Assembly (NCBI GenBank): GCA_964390945.1 | Contig: CAYMIV010000004.1 | Location: 1 to 63,946 of the forward strand | Direction: 5' to 3' | Source of the DNA: an uncultured Candidatus Saccharibacteria bacterium | GTDB lineage: Bacteria; Patescibacteriota; Minisyncoccia; Phycocordibacterales; UBA918 | DNA: 63,946 bases | In this document: positions 24,814 to 34,722 of the stretch, piece after piece | Layout: every line of letters starts with the position of its first letter | How positions within the stretch are numbered: position 1 is the first letter of the stretch | Position numbers and translations under genes: made by a program | The notes under the pieces: model-generated | What the model was told of the DNA's origin: nothing | Seen by the model: only the letters and a program-made list of their open reading frames with translations | The model's database searches: none

Positions 24814-25916
24814 TCACATTGAGCATCGGGCGAAATATCCTCAAGAAGGGAAGCAGAGAGCGCGCCCGTATGCACCTGTATGCGACACATCTCGACGCGC
24901 TCCACATCGTCATACTCTCTCGAAAGGAGCATGGGTTTTCCGGCGAGCGACACGAGGAAAATCTGCACCTCTATCCGACCAATTCGCGCTCGCGAGTGGG
25001 AATGCTTTTTGATGCATACCGTATCGGGAAGAACATACGAGCGAATATGCGAGGCACAGAGAATTGTGTTGTGTCTGCGCAAGACCCGTTCGCACTTGGT
25101 CTTATTTCGTATCTCTTGTGCTTAGTCACTCATGCGCAATTTCACGTACAAGTACACGGTGATTATTTTTCACCGCACTGGGGCACAAACCCAATGCTTC
25201 GCGGTTTTTGGCGTATCGTTGCCCGATTTCTTTTTACCCGTGCAATCCGAATTCGTGTTGTTTCCGAACGCATAAAAAATTCTCTCATTAATAAAGGGAT
25301 TCACAAGTCGCGTATCACCGTGTTGCCGATACGACCTGAATTAGAATCTTTCTTGAAATCTCCTCGCTTTGAACGGGGGGGCAACGTCCTGACGTTTTTA
25401 GCAATGAGCAGATTCTCTTCTGAAAAGAACATACCGCTCATCGTTGACGCATTTTCTGTCCTTCATAATGAGTATCCCAACATTCGTCTGCGTCTTGTCG
25501 GTGATGGTCCAGAAAAGGCGTATGTCGAGAAATACATTCAGAACGGCGGAGCGGCAGAGGCGGTCACCATTCTTCCCTGGACTGAAGATGCTGTCGGGGA
25601 AATGCAAAAAGCTGATATTTTCCTTCTCGCCTCAAGGCACGAAGCGTACGGACTCACACTCGTGGAAGCGATGGCATCGGGTCTTCCGATAATAACAACC
25701 GATGTCGGCTGTGTGGGAGAACTCGTGAAGAATGGCGTTCATGGCATTGTCACTCGCGTGAATGATAGAAACGCATATGTTTTGGCTATGAAACGCATGG
25801 TAACTCATGAAGATTTTCGCAGTGCGTGCGGCAGGGCGGGAAGAGAGACTGCGGAGATTGTGGCGCGCACGAGCGCTCACGAATATGCGAAGGCGTGGGT
25901 AGCATCACTTTCTTGA
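24804..25916 (+). CDS. GT4-family glycosyltransferase
   Basis: LLASRHEAYGLTLVEAMASGLPIITTDVGCVGELV. There is a 10-nt overlap with the upstream gene. The N-terminal half is paralogous to 25942..27366. Confidence 0.88.
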   Translation: MHIITLSIGRNILKKGSRERARMHLYATHLDALHIVILSRKEHGFSGERHEENLHLYPTNSRSRVGMLFDAYRIGKNIRANMRGTENCVVSAQDPFALGLISYLLCLVTHAQFHVQVHGDYFSPHWGTNPMLRGFWRIVARFLFTRAIRIRVVSERIKNSLINKGIHKSRITVLPIRPELESFLKSPRFERGGNVLTFLAMSRFSSEKNIPLIVDAFSVLHNEYPNIRLRLVGDGPEKAYVEKYIQNGGAAEAVTILPWTEDAVGEMQKADIFLLASRHEAYGLTLVEAMASGLPIITTDVGCVGELVKNGVHGIVTRVNDRNAYVLAMKRMVTHEDFRSACGRAGRETAEIVARTSAHEYAKAWVASLS

Positions 25917-25941
25917 CGTTGAGGCGGGCTATAATAGAGAA

Positions 25942-27366
25942 ATGGGAAGTGTACCTCGCATTGGTGACGAATTTCCACCTGACTCCGCCGATAGCGCGGT
26001 GGACGTGCTTAATTCAGCACTCCATGAACGACCGGCATATCAAGTCAGGAAACTCCAGAAATTGAAGCAACATGAAGCAGTTTTGCCAGAGGCGTCGGAG
26101 GTTTCCAAGCTCGCCGAACAACCCACCACTGAAGAGCGCGAAGTGCAAGTTGAAGTTCATCAAGCCCTTACAAGCGAACCGCTCATCGAACACTCTTCAA
26201 ACAGAAGTAGACTTCGACTTCTCATACTCACACGTGACCTCTCAATACTCAAAACACAAGATATCGCACAGCGTCGGCTTCTTGAACTCGCGGGGCGATT
26301 TGATGAGGTTCATGTCATTCTGCTTTCGGGTCGGGGCGAGGGTTCCCGCATCACGGTTCGTCTCGGGCATAATATTTGGATATACCCGACCTATTCTCGG
26401 TACTGGTGGCAGTGCGGTATCGATGCATATCGAATCGCAAGAGAACAACTGGCGTTTGCCCAAGGATTTCGAGCCGACATTATTATTGCAGAAGATCCAT
26501 TTGAGAGCGGCGTGGTTGCTTGTCTCGTTGCCGAGAAGTACGGTCGCCCTGTCCAGATACATGTTCTTGAAGACATCTACGATCCTGGATTCACACTTCT
26601 CGACGAACACAATGGATTGCGCCTCTTTCTCGCGATGTATACATTTTGGAACGCAGATTCTGTTCGCACGATTTCCGGATCACTTCAAGAGAAAATCATG
26701 AAACGATATCCGAGCCTTGCACAAGTTACCGAGCCAATTCCGCTCTACTACAATCTCTCCGCATGGCGAGATTTTATTCCAGTATTTGACCTCCATGTGC
26801 GGTATCCGCAGTTCAAGTTCATCATGCTTCATTTTTCACGCATGACCGCACTCTCTCATACCGACAAGGTCATCGCCGGCGTAGCGGAAGCACTCAAACA
26901 ATATCCGCTCATAGGACTCGTTGTGGTCGGAACCGGGCCATTCCGCCAAGTTTATGAGAAACAGGTAATCGCGCTCGGGCTTCAAAATCAAATTCTCTTT
27001 GAACCGATGCCGCACGCTTTGACATCTCACATGAAAACAGCAGACGTACTCATCCATGTTTCAGAAGACCGTGATGAAGAAGACCTCATTCTTCAGGCTG
27101 CAGCAACAAAACTTCCCCTCATTGCCGGAGCGCGAAGCATCGCGGGCGAACTTTTCTTGGACGGCGATTCGGCATATATTTGTACGGAAACCGATACGGG
27201 GTGTCTTAAAAGCAAAGTAATGCTCTGTCTCCATGACAGTGGACGGCTTGAACACATGTCCCTCATGGCGCAGCAGACCGTATTCGAGCGAATTGAGCAG
27301 GATTTCGGGGTTTATGTTGAGGCGTTTCAAAAAAGCATAGAACGAGGTCTCGTTTCGGTGAGTTAA
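25942..27366 (+). CDS. GT4-like glycosyltransferase with a ~95-aa disordered N-terminal extension
   Basis: The core is RLLILTRD...IIAEDPFESG...VVVGTGP...IHVSEDRDEEDLILQAAATKLPLIAG. The N-terminus is rich in E/Q/S/P. Confidence 0.78.
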   Translation: MGSVPRIGDEFPPDSADSAVDVLNSALHERPAYQVRKLQKLKQHEAVLPEASEVSKLAEQPTTEEREVQVEVHQALTSEPLIEHSSNRSRLRLLILTRDLSILKTQDIAQRRLLELAGRFDEVHVILLSGRGEGSRITVRLGHNIWIYPTYSRYWWQCGIDAYRIAREQLAFAQGFRADIIIAEDPFESGVVACLVAEKYGRPVQIHVLEDIYDPGFTLLDEHNGLRLFLAMYTFWNADSVRTISGSLQEKIMKRYPSLAQVTEPIPLYYNLSAWRDFIPVFDLHVRYPQFKFIMLHFSRMTALSHTDKVIAGVAEALKQYPLIGLVVVGTGPFRQVYEKQVIALGLQNQILFEPMPHALTSHMKTADVLIHVSEDRDEEDLILQAAATKLPLIAGARSIAGELFLDGDSAYICTETDTGCLKSKVMLCLHDSGRLEHMSLMAQQTVFERIEQDFGVYVEAFQKSIERGLVSVS

Positions 27367-27373
27367 AGTGTGC

Positions 27374-28390
27374 ATGAGACTTTTGATTACCACGCAGGCG
27401 ATTGATAGAAATGATCCCATCATGGGTTTTTTTCACAATTGGGTCGCCGAACTGGCGCGGCATTTTGAACACATTCATGTTATCTGTCTTAAGGAAGGTG
27501 AACATGACCTCCCTCCAAACGTGCAGGTACATTCTCTCGGGAAGGAACACGGAGAAAATCGTTTGAAGTACCTCCGTTTGTTTTTTTTATACGCATGGAC
27601 GTTGCGGCATGAGTATGATGTCGTCTTTTCACACATGAATCCTCACTACATCGTATCCGCGGGGTGGTTGTGGACGGTGCTTGGAAAGCGAATGTTTTTT
27701 TGGAGAAACCACGCAAAGATGAATGTGCTGACACGCATCGCGGCGTTTTTTTCTCATCGTGTCTTCTACACGTCGCCTTTTGCATGCACTCGGGTTTTTA
27801 AACATGCGCTGCAGATGCCGGTTGGCATTGACACACGAGTATTCATGCCCGACACGTCGGTGGTGAGAAAAGAACACTCGGTTCTTCTCTTGGGCAGACT
27901 TTCCCCGGTAAAACGACCGGAGATTTTCATGGAAGCGGCAGCATATCTTCAAGCATATGACTTTCATTCCTACGGTGATGATATGACCCCAGCTCGCGCA
28001 TATGCGAGAGAACTCAACAAGAAGGCGGGGGGGAGAGTGACATTCCATCCCGCGATTCCAAACCACGAAACACCGAAGGTATACAGTGCATTCGATGTGT
28101 ACGTGAACCTCACGCCCGACGGGAGCATGGACAAGACCGTGCTTGAGGCGGCGGCATGCGGAGCTCTCGTCCTTGTGGCGAATCGCTCCTATGAAACGTA
28201 TGTGCCGAGCGAATGCATGATTCAGGAATCTTCGCCGCGCGCGCTTTCGGAGGGCATTCGAAAACTCGCAGAAATGCCTGAATCACAAAAATCTGCGTAT
28301 AGAAATCAGCTCCGCGATATGGTAGAACGTGAACATTCGCTCGAAAAACTCTCGGAGAAATTAGTAACAATTTTCAATGATGGAAACTAA
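27374..28390 (+). CDS. GT4-like glycosyltransferase
   Basis: MRLLITTQAIDRNDPIMGFFHNW...LLLGRLSPVKRP...NLTPDGSMDKTVLEAAACGALVLV. The ORF track begins at GTG 27368. Confidence 0.8.
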   Translation: MRLLITTQAIDRNDPIMGFFHNWVAELARHFEHIHVICLKEGEHDLPPNVQVHSLGKEHGENRLKYLRLFFLYAWTLRHEYDVVFSHMNPHYIVSAGWLWTVLGKRMFFWRNHAKMNVLTRIAAFFSHRVFYTSPFACTRVFKHALQMPVGIDTRVFMPDTSVVRKEHSVLLLGRLSPVKRPEIFMEAAAYLQAYDFHSYGDDMTPARAYARELNKKAGGRVTFHPAIPNHETPKVYSAFDVYVNLTPDGSMDKTVLEAAACGALVLVANRSYETYVPSECMIQESSPRALSEGIRKLAEMPESQKSAYRNQLRDMVEREHSLEKLSEKLVTIFNDGN

Positions 28391-28466
28391 CACCCCAATT
28401 CACTTCACCGGACTTAATAATTGAGTCACACAGTTACATACACTATGAATTTCAAATTTGATTATC

Positions 28467-29303
28467 ATGATTAATTTTATTGGGGTCGGCGCTCAAAAAA
28501 GCGGTACATCGTGGGTATATGCGTGTCTCTATGAACATCCCGAAATCTGCGCACCGATAAAGGAAATCCATTTTTTCAGCAGACCACGTTTCAGCGAAGG
28601 CAAAGAATGGTATGAGCAACATTTTCGGAACTGCGACCCGGGGAAGATTCGGGGGGAGTTCTCGACCTCATACCTCTACGCGAAAGAGGCATCGAATCGC
28701 ATCCATGACTATTATCCTGGGGTGAAAGTCATTGCAATTTTAAGAAATCCCATTGAGCGCGCATATTCACAATATAGAAATGCCATTAAGGCGGGCGAGA
28801 TCACCGAGGCGTTGTCGTTTGAGGAGTACGCCGACCGCGAACCAAGTGTCCGCGAGCAGGGGCTTTACGCGGAACAACTTGACCGGTACCTCGCGCTCTT
28901 CCCAAGGGAGCAACTGCTTATCTGCATATACGAAGACATAAAAAAGGATTCGGTTGGGTTTATGAAGCGCATCTATCAATTTCTCGGAGTTGATGACTCG
29001 TTTGTTTCAAGCATGGTCCACGATGAAATCAACGTTGCGCGTACGCCGAAATTCATCGGTCCCGAACGCGTGATGCATCACGCGGCTGAATTTCTTCGCC
29101 GACACGGTCTTGATCGCTTAGTACATGTGATACGGAAGGCGGGAATTCCCGACATGCTCCGTTCTTTCAATACAAAAACTGAAAATGGGAAACAGGAAAA
29201 ACCTCCGTATAATCGTGATGAGCTTGCTCTGTATTTTGTTGACGATGTTGTCGCACTCTCTCGAATCGTCGGGCGCGATATGCGCGGGGAATGGAATATA
29301 TGA
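28467..29303 (+). CDS. Sulfotransferase-family protein (PAPS-dependent)
   Basis: 5'-PSB-like motif GAQKSGTSW and 3'-PB-like motif ILRNPIERAYSQY. ATG 28467 lies within the track ORF that starts at TTG 28458. Confidence 0.82.
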   Translation: MINFIGVGAQKSGTSWVYACLYEHPEICAPIKEIHFFSRPRFSEGKEWYEQHFRNCDPGKIRGEFSTSYLYAKEASNRIHDYYPGVKVIAILRNPIERAYSQYRNAIKAGEITEALSFEEYADREPSVREQGLYAEQLDRYLALFPREQLLICIYEDIKKDSVGFMKRIYQFLGVDDSFVSSMVHDEINVARTPKFIGPERVMHHAAEFLRRHGLDRLVHVIRKAGIPDMLRSFNTKTENGKQEKPPYNRDELALYFVDDVVALSRIVGRDMRGEWNI

Positions 29304-30130
29304 ATCAAACGCACAAACACAGCCTCCACACACTCCGTGATGTCATCATCTTTTTCTTCTCGATAACCGGCATTGCGCATGTCTATCGAGCACTGCTGGG
29401 CAGGAAGGGACCGCTTGTCCGCGTCGTGGTCTTCCACGATGTGCCAGACGCCGTGTGGTTTGAGTCGATGATTCGTACGCTTACCGCAAATTATTGTATT
29501 GTGTCGCCTGATAATTTTAGAGCGGGTCATTTTCACGACGGCTGCACCAATGTGCTCGTTACGTTCGACGATGGATATGATACGTGGCTCTCGATTGCGG
29601 CGCCTCTTTTAAAAAAATACCGCGTACAGGCACTTTTTTTCATTAACTCGGGACTTCTCGATGTTGCAACAGATGATGGGGCAACAAACGCCTACATGCG
29701 CTCCCAGCTCTCCGTATCACCGAAAAAGCCGTTAACGTGGGAAGGGCTCGCCAAGCTCGCGGGCGAGGGGCACGCAATCGGCGGTCATACTCGCATGCAT
29801 GAAAATCTATCCGAACTCGACGACCACATGCTCGATGCAGAAATTGCATATGATAAGGATCAGCTCGAAGCACATCTTGGGAAACCAATCACTGACTTTG
29901 CGTATCCTTTTGGAACTGTGGTACACATATCCGAATCCGGTATCGACGCGGCAAAACGGGCAGGGTACGCTCGCGCATACACGGCAATAAGCCGTTTCGT
30001 GCCGGCGGGTGAAACTTTCCGCATTCCCCGAATGTGCATAGAAACAGGTCTTTCGCCCCGCTCGCTCAAGCGCTGGGTGGACGGTGCGTATGACCTACTC
30101 GATATGCTTAAAGACCTATGTGTGCGATAA
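29291..30130 (+). CDS. Polysaccharide deacetylase (CE4, NodB-type)
   Basis: VLVTFDDGYDTW (TFDDG motif) and GGHTRMHENL. Confidence 0.85.
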   Translation: MEYMNQTHKHSLHTLRDVIIFFFSITGIAHVYRALLGRKGPLVRVVVFHDVPDAVWFESMIRTLTANYCIVSPDNFRAGHFHDGCTNVLVTFDDGYDTWLSIAAPLLKKYRVQALFFINSGLLDVATDDGATNAYMRSQLSVSPKKPLTWEGLAKLAGEGHAIGGHTRMHENLSELDDHMLDAEIAYDKDQLEAHLGKPITDFAYPFGTVVHISESGIDAAKRAGYARAYTAISRFVPAGETFRIPRMCIETGLSPRSLKRWVDGAYDLLDMLKDLCVR

Positions 30131-31950
30131 ACGGCATCACGACAGAGGACGTTCTCCTCGTTGAGCGAATGAACGCGAAAACCGCCCACCGCGGACCCGA
30201 TGGCACTCGTGTTTGGCGCGGGAGGGGAGTGACGCTTGGTCACAACCGTCTCGCCATCATCGATCTCTCCGATGCGGCGCTTCAACCGATGCAGAGCAAC
30301 GACGGTCGATACACCATCGTTTTTAATGGTGAGATATACAACTATCGTGAATTGCGCGCGGAACTCGAAGGTGCGTATGCGTTCAAAACCCAGAGCGACA
30401 CTGAAGTACTGATTGCGGCTTATGCCGCGTGGGGCGAACGCATGTTCTCCCGCCTTCGGGGAATATTTGCGTTCGGTATATGGGATGCACAAGATTCTTC
30501 ACTCATGCTCGCCCGCGACCACATGGGTGTAAAGCCGCTCTACTACCGTGAAGCAGACGGTGCTCTCGCGTTTTCGTCGGAGTTGCCGGCAGTACGGGAG
30601 AGCATGGAAACCGTCCGCCTCGACACTGAAAGTCTTGCCTTCTACCTCTCAATGGAGTATGTGCCGAGCTCGCGAACGCTCGTTTCGGGGATTGAAAAGT
30701 TGCCGCCCGGACACCTGCTCACATTCAAAAATGGCGTGCGGGAAGTACGTTCTTTTTTGGAACCGATTCCGGAGAAAGCACCCGTTTCTCACACAGACAT
30801 CTATACCGCCATTGATGCGGCGGTACATCGACAACTTGTTTCAGATAGACCGGTGGGCGCCTATCTTTCCGGTGGTTTCGATTCTTCCATCGTCGTACAC
30901 CACATGACGAAACACTCACCGCACACACGCACCTACTCGATTAATTTTGAGGCGGTGAAGGGTGAGGAGGGAGACAGTGAAAAATTCAACGCCGATGCTG
31001 AGCTCGCTTTCAAAACCGCAGCGCATTTCAATACGGAACACAAAACCAAGACGGTAACGCTTGAGGAGGTGCGCAGAGCCATACCGATTGCCGCCGCCTC
31101 GGTGAGCGAACCAATTGCAAATTCAACCGCCATTACCCAGTACCTCTTGAGCGACTTCGTGCGTAAGGATGGCGTCATCGTCGTCTTGGGCGGCGACGGC
31201 GGGGACGAACTCTTCGGAGGTTACACACGCCACCGCATCGCAATGGGAGCATACCTCTACCAAAAACTTCCCGCTATTTTGCAACGATTTGCCGCCTCCA
31301 CGAGCCCTCGCGTCGGTAAACTCGGGATGCCGTTCGGCTCGGCACTCCATCGCACGCTCATGGTGAAGAATGAGAAGAAACTCATGCCGTTCCTTCGGGA
31401 GTCACTCAATGCCGACGCACTTACGACGGCGTTTTTCGATCGCGAGTATGCCCGTGAGCCACACCAAGACGTACACCCGCTCGATACCTTTATGCGAGTT
31501 GATCGCCGTACATGGCTTCCCGACGAGTGTTTTCTCCGCTCCGACTATGCATCAATGGCGCACGGCATCGAACTTCGGGTCCCTTTCGTCGACATTGATG
31601 TCGTTGCACTCTCCGATAAAATTTCTGTTTGGAAAAAAACTCTCCCGCATGAAGGGAAGCGCATCATTCGTTCCGTGTACAAGCAGCACCTCCCCCCGCA
31701 CCTTTATGGTCAGCCGAAACGCGGCTGGCTTTCACCTGCCGCCAAGTGGTTTCGCGACCCGGTGGTGAACGCATTCGCAGAGGAGGTTTTTTCATCAGGA
31801 TATTACAGCGGTCTCGATGCGATTTTTGATTGGGAAAAGGTGCGGACTCTTTTGGAGGCACATGTTGAAAAAAAGGGATATTACCTGTATCCTCTCTGGA
31901 ATATTCTGGTTCTCCAGGTGTGGGCACAGAAGCACGGAGTCAAGGCTTAG
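30118..31950 (+). CDS. Asparagine synthase (glutamine-hydrolysing)-family amidotransferase
   Basis: N-terminal nucleophile MC(A)INGI, HRGPDG, YNYRELRAELE and the PP-loop YLSGGFDSS. Confidence 0.9.
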   Translation: MCAINGITTEDVLLVERMNAKTAHRGPDGTRVWRGRGVTLGHNRLAIIDLSDAALQPMQSNDGRYTIVFNGEIYNYRELRAELEGAYAFKTQSDTEVLIAAYAAWGERMFSRLRGIFAFGIWDAQDSSLMLARDHMGVKPLYYREADGALAFSSELPAVRESMETVRLDTESLAFYLSMEYVPSSRTLVSGIEKLPPGHLLTFKNGVREVRSFLEPIPEKAPVSHTDIYTAIDAAVHRQLVSDRPVGAYLSGGFDSSIVVHHMTKHSPHTRTYSINFEAVKGEEGDSEKFNADAELAFKTAAHFNTEHKTKTVTLEEVRRAIPIAAASVSEPIANSTAITQYLLSDFVRKDGVIVVLGGDGGDELFGGYTRHRIAMGAYLYQKLPAILQRFAASTSPRVGKLGMPFGSALHRTLMVKNEKKLMPFLRESLNADALTTAFFDREYAREPHQDVHPLDTFMRVDRRTWLPDECFLRSDYASMAHGIELRVPFVDIDVVALSDKISVWKKTLPHEGKRIIRSVYKQHLPPHLYGQPKRGWLSPAAKWFRDPVVNAFAEEVFSSGYYSGLDAIFDWEKVRTLLEAHVEKKGYYLYPLWNILVLQVWAQKHGVKA

Positions 31951-31979
31951 TGCTTCGGCTCGTGATTTAGTTTTGCAAT

Positions 31980-32957
31980 ATGAAAATCGGATTTATTGGA
32001 CAGGGGTTCGTAGGAAAAAACATCGCGAACGACATTGAGGCGCGCGGGTATTCTGTTGTGCGATATTCGCTCGAAGAGGAGTACAGGACGAATCGAGAAC
32101 TGATACGGGAGTGCGACATTGTATTTGTTGCCGTACCAACTCCCACCACCCCCTCCGGATTTGACCACCGTCTCGTTGAAGAAAATCTCTCCCTCGTTAA
32201 AGATGGCGGTATCGTCGTGATTAAATCCACACTCCTTCCCGGCACAACGAAAAAATTACAAGATGCATTCCCGCACCTCGCGGTACTTTTTTCACCGGAA
32301 TTTTTGTGCGAAGCGACTGCGGCATATGATGCAGCGCACCCTATATTCAACATCATCGGTCTCTCGTATGATTCCGCCTCGCATCGCATGAGTGCCGAGC
32401 TCGTTCTGCGCATACTCCCGCGCAGCGACCACAACTTTATTATTCGCGCGCATGCGGCGGAACTTTTCAAATACACGCATAATCTTCAGGGGTATTTTCG
32501 CGTCATGCTCTCGAACATTCTGTATGATGCCGCGGAAGCAATCGGTGCGGACTGGGCTGATATAAAACTTATTATGGATGTCGATCCCATGATGTCGCCA
32601 TACTACAATATGCCGGTGCACAAGGGCGGGCGTGGTGCCGGTGGAAATTGCTTTGTGAAAGACATGGCGGCATTTCGAATGCTCTACGAACAGATTCGAG
32701 ATACCGACAAAAAAGGCATCGCAATCCTGAAGGCGCTCGAAGCAAAAAATTTGGAACTGCTCACCGGAACGGGTAAAAGTCTGGATATCGTTCGCGGAGT
32801 ATACGGCGAACCAAAGAGCTCGGATGACGCGTCGCTCCAGGCGGTTCTCGCCGAACTGAAGAAGCGAGAAATGAAATCGGCGAGCGAATGGAATCACGAG
32901 GACGACACTGATGGCGGTCGAGGTACAAATCCAAATCCCGATGAAAACAGATATTAA
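31980..32957 (+). CDS. NDP-sugar (UDP-glucose/GDP-mannose family) dehydrogenase, short form
   Basis: MKIGFIGQGFVGK Rossmann motif, FSPEFLCEATA, and the catalytic-Cys motif GGNCFVKD. The C-terminal 50 aa are acidic and low-complexity. Confidence 0.82.
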   Translation: MKIGFIGQGFVGKNIANDIEARGYSVVRYSLEEEYRTNRELIRECDIVFVAVPTPTTPSGFDHRLVEENLSLVKDGGIVVIKSTLLPGTTKKLQDAFPHLAVLFSPEFLCEATAAYDAAHPIFNIIGLSYDSASHRMSAELVLRILPRSDHNFIIRAHAAELFKYTHNLQGYFRVMLSNILYDAAEAIGADWADIKLIMDVDPMMSPYYNMPVHKGGRGAGGNCFVKDMAAFRMLYEQIRDTDKKGIAILKALEAKNLELLTGTGKSLDIVRGVYGEPKSSDDASLQAVLAELKKREMKSASEWNHEDDTDGGRGTNPNPDENRY

Positions 32958-34119
32958 TCTGCTCTACGTGGTCAATGCCCATCTCCCGAATGATCGGGCA
33001 AATGGGGTGCAAATAGCACACACGTGTGGAGCCGTGGGGAAGCACGTCCACCTCACTCTCGCGACGCGTATGACCCACGGTGAAACCGCGGATAGTGTGG
33101 AACGGTATGGTATTCAACAGACCTTCATACACAAGAAACTCTTCTGCATTGATGTTCCGGGAATGCCGCTCCGATACGCAGTGCGGAACGCATCATTCTT
33201 TTTCTCGGTAAACGTTTACGCGCTTTGGTTTTTCCTAAAATATTTTTTCTCAGGAAGAAGGGCAGCACTGTACGTGCGCGGGGAAGTCATTCTCGCGCTC
33301 ATCCCCCTCTCGCTCATCGTTCCGGTATTTTTTGAAACTCACCAGATTAGAAACTTTGCATGGTTGTACCGAATTGCCTTACGTCTCTCAAGGGGTGTTG
33401 TTGTCGTGACCGAAAGGCTCAAAGTTAAATTTGTTGAAGAATATGGCATTCCGTCAGAAAAAATTCTTGTGGCGCGAGATGCGGTTGATGCGGGGTCATT
33501 TAGCACCCTTACGTCCGACCCACCGCTCTGGTCTCGTTATCGAATACCGCACGGTAAAAAAGTTGTTCTCTATGCCGGCACACTTGCGCCCGAAAAAGGG
33601 GTAGACACGCTCGCAGAGGCGGCTCTGCTCTTGCCGGATACCGTTCACGTCGTATTTCTTGGCGGTACTGATGCGCAGGTACAATCCTTTCGCTCCCTAT
33701 ACGGGAAGCACCAAAATGTTTCAATAGTCGGACGCGTTCTGCATACCGAAGTGCCGCGACACATCGTTTCCGCCGATGTTTTGGTGCTTCCCGATTCCGC
33801 TGAGTATACCTACAGCAACTTGTACACTTCTCCCATGAAACTCTTCGAATACATGGCGAGCGGCAGACCGATAGTTGCGTCCGACGTGCCTTCGCTCCGC
33901 GAGGTGCTCACCGATGATTCAGCTTTCTTTTTCAAACCCGATTCACCGGAAGCGCTACAAAAAACAATAAACCAGGCACTCGAAAATCCTGAAGATGCCC
34001 TCACTCGTGGTACTCGTGCGAAGGAAATGGTAACTGCATACACCTGGGAAAATCGTGGCTCAAATATTTACCGTCATATAACGAAATTGCTCAAAATGGA
34101 GTACTATAGAACACCATGA
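32941..34119 (+). CDS. GT4-family glycosyltransferase
   Basis: YVVNAHLPNDRANGVQ at the N-terminus, with the C-terminal motif SPMKLFEYMASGRPIVASDVPSLREV. ATG 32941 lies within the track ORF that starts at 32911. Confidence 0.88.
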   Translation: MKTDINLLYVVNAHLPNDRANGVQIAHTCGAVGKHVHLTLATRMTHGETADSVERYGIQQTFIHKKLFCIDVPGMPLRYAVRNASFFFSVNVYALWFFLKYFFSGRRAALYVRGEVILALIPLSLIVPVFFETHQIRNFAWLYRIALRLSRGVVVVTERLKVKFVEEYGIPSEKILVARDAVDAGSFSTLTSDPPLWSRYRIPHGKKVVLYAGTLAPEKGVDTLAEAALLLPDTVHVVFLGGTDAQVQSFRSLYGKHQNVSIVGRVLHTEVPRHIVSADVLVLPDSAEYTYSNLYTSPMKLFEYMASGRPIVASDVPSLREVLTDDSAFFFKPDSPEALQKTINQALENPEDALTRGTRAKEMVTAYTWENRGSNIYRHITKLLKMEYYRTP

Positions 34120-34721
34120 ATGGAACATACGCCGAACAAATCTATACAAGAAATGGAATTGTGAAAGCGAACATTTTCACACACGGAGAGAAGGTGCTCC
34201 ACATCGGTTCCGGCTCCAAACCGCTTCCTGGCGCAAAAACCATTGACATACTCAACCTTCCCGGCGTCGATATCGTTCACAATCTCGACAGCCTCCCGTG
34301 GCCTTTTCAAGATAACGAATTCGATCTCATATACGCGCACAATGTTTTTGAGCACCTCGACGATCAAATCGCGGTTATGGGTGAGATGTGGCGGCTATTA
34401 AAATGCGGAGGGCGACTTGTGATTACCGTGCCGCACTTCCGGTCAGTTGACGCATACACCGATTCCACGCATCGACATTTTTTTACTTCAAAATCACTCG
34501 ACTACTATATACGCGGAAAGAAACTTTCCGGATATCGATACACCGAAAAACAGTTCGCTGAAAAAGGATTTTGGTTTGGTTGGCCGCAGGTGCCAATGAA
34601 TCCGATTCGAAGACTGTTCAAGTGGTTCATTACGCGCTACCCCGGTTTCTATGACTCTCACCTCTCGCTTTTCATTCCAGTCAAAATTGTTGTGTGGGAG
34701 CTCGAAGCAATCAAAGAATGA
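34116..34721 (+). CDS. Class I SAM-dependent methyltransferase (Methyltransf_11-like)
   Basis: VLHIGSGSKPLPG...FDLIYAHNVFEHLDD...GGRLVITVP. There is an ATGA overlap with the upstream gene. Confidence 0.85.
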   Translation: MNGTYAEQIYTRNGIVKANIFTHGEKVLHIGSGSKPLPGAKTIDILNLPGVDIVHNLDSLPWPFQDNEFDLIYAHNVFEHLDDQIAVMGEMWRLLKCGGRLVITVPHFRSVDAYTDSTHRHFFTSKSLDYYIRGKKLSGYRYTEKQFAEKGFWFGWPQVPMNPIRRLFKWFITRYPGFYDSHLSLFIPVKIVVWELEAIKE

Positions 34722-34722
34722 T

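Noticed and set aside
26072-26701. 209-aa plus-strand alternative-frame ORF
   Set aside because: It is out of frame inside the GT4-like gene 25942-27366 and has no motifs.
29860-30492. 210-aa minus-strand ORF
   Set aside because: It is antisense across the CE4/AsnB junction. The plus-strand frames carry the TFDDG motif and the MC..G nucleophile motif.
31967-32897. 169-aa and 201-aa minus-strand ORFs
   Set aside because: They are antisense to the NDP-sugar dehydrogenase gene, which has Rossmann and GGNCFVKD motifs on the plus strand.
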